Source: Vicugna vicugna
Taxonomy: Eukaryota
Direction: 5' to 3'
Assembly: GCA_013265495.1 (NCBI GenBank)
Contig: MU058213.1
Location: forward strand, 6,960,066-7,024,065
DNA: 64,000 nucleotides
The notes under the pieces were generated by a model. The model ran no database searches. It was given only the letters and a program-made list of their open reading frames with translations, and was not told the DNA's origin. The position numbers and the translations under genes were made by a program. This document shows, piece after piece, positions 63,310-64,000 of the stretch. The number at the start of each line of letters is the position of its first letter. The first letter of the stretch is position 1.

Positions 63310-64000
63310 TACTGGGGAAACTGTACAATTTAATACAAAGGTGAGGGATTTTTATAAGTCCTCTCCAAGCTTAAGCAAAGATCTAGCAAACCAAGCCCAA
63401 CACTGTCTTCTGTTCTTTGGGATGCTGGGATCCATGGTAAATGGAGATCTTCCTCAGGGATCTGGATAAGAAGCCAAGCAAATTATCGTACTTTGTATTT
63501 TAGTCTCCAGGCCACAGAATCTGCAAATCTGTTGAAAGTGAAGTCTTCCTTAACACTCTTCAGATCTGTCTGCTGATACTGACCTCTCCCCACTCTGTGC
63601 TATTTGACTCCCACGAGGTCGTAAGATCCTGGAGAGCAAGGTGTGTGTCTGCTTCACAACCTCCCTCTCCCAGACACTCGCCTTGACGCAGAGTAGGTCC
63701 ACAGAAATATTTATTGGAGAACAGCCACCAAGAGTGAGGCAGGGACTGGGCCCTCCAGAGGGCAGTGTATGTTGGTGGCTAGCCGTCTGCTACACTCACT
63801 ACGTTTTCCTTTGAAGCCCATCAGTGTGCTTTATAAGTAAATAGAAAATGCTAACCTTAGCATATTCAAAAGAACGTTTTAGCATGCAGCAATTAGGTTA
63901 TCTCTTGGTTATTTATTTCTTCGGCTTGTTATTAGCTCTGCACGGAATATTATTCTAATTATGTCAGCCCAATCAGCAGTATTGCATGTCCAGGCTCATT

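Overview
This is mammalian genomic DNA, very probably from a camelid: it has two tRNA-derived Vic-1-type SINEs and an artiodactyl-type L1. The window is intronic or intergenic and dominated by repeats, and I could not identify a host gene. The only convincing coding sequences belong to one full-length, apparently intact LINE-1 at ~52740-59924 (+). It has a CpG-rich ~1.76 kb 5'UTR, ORF1 (300 aa), a 397-nt spacer, ORF2 (1265 aa), a poly(A) tail and a 14-17 bp target-site duplication (TSD). The window opens in the 3' end of a decayed class I ERV (env remnant, polypurine tract, 3' LTR). It also holds several solo LTRs (MER41-like, MER34/39-like, MER21, MLT1, LTR16), truncated L1s of different ages, hAT and Tigger DNA transposon fossils, and many MIR and L2 copies. 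Unique stretches contain a consensus CTCF site, enhancer-like blocks and a few candidate minus-strand exons. I see no clearly new biological system. The best leads are unusual translation and splicing signals in the intact L1: a spacer ORF that stops just after the ORF2 AUG, a strong splice acceptor in the spacer, and a long uORF. Repeat family names come from recalled consensus sequences, and boundaries of old repeats are approximate.
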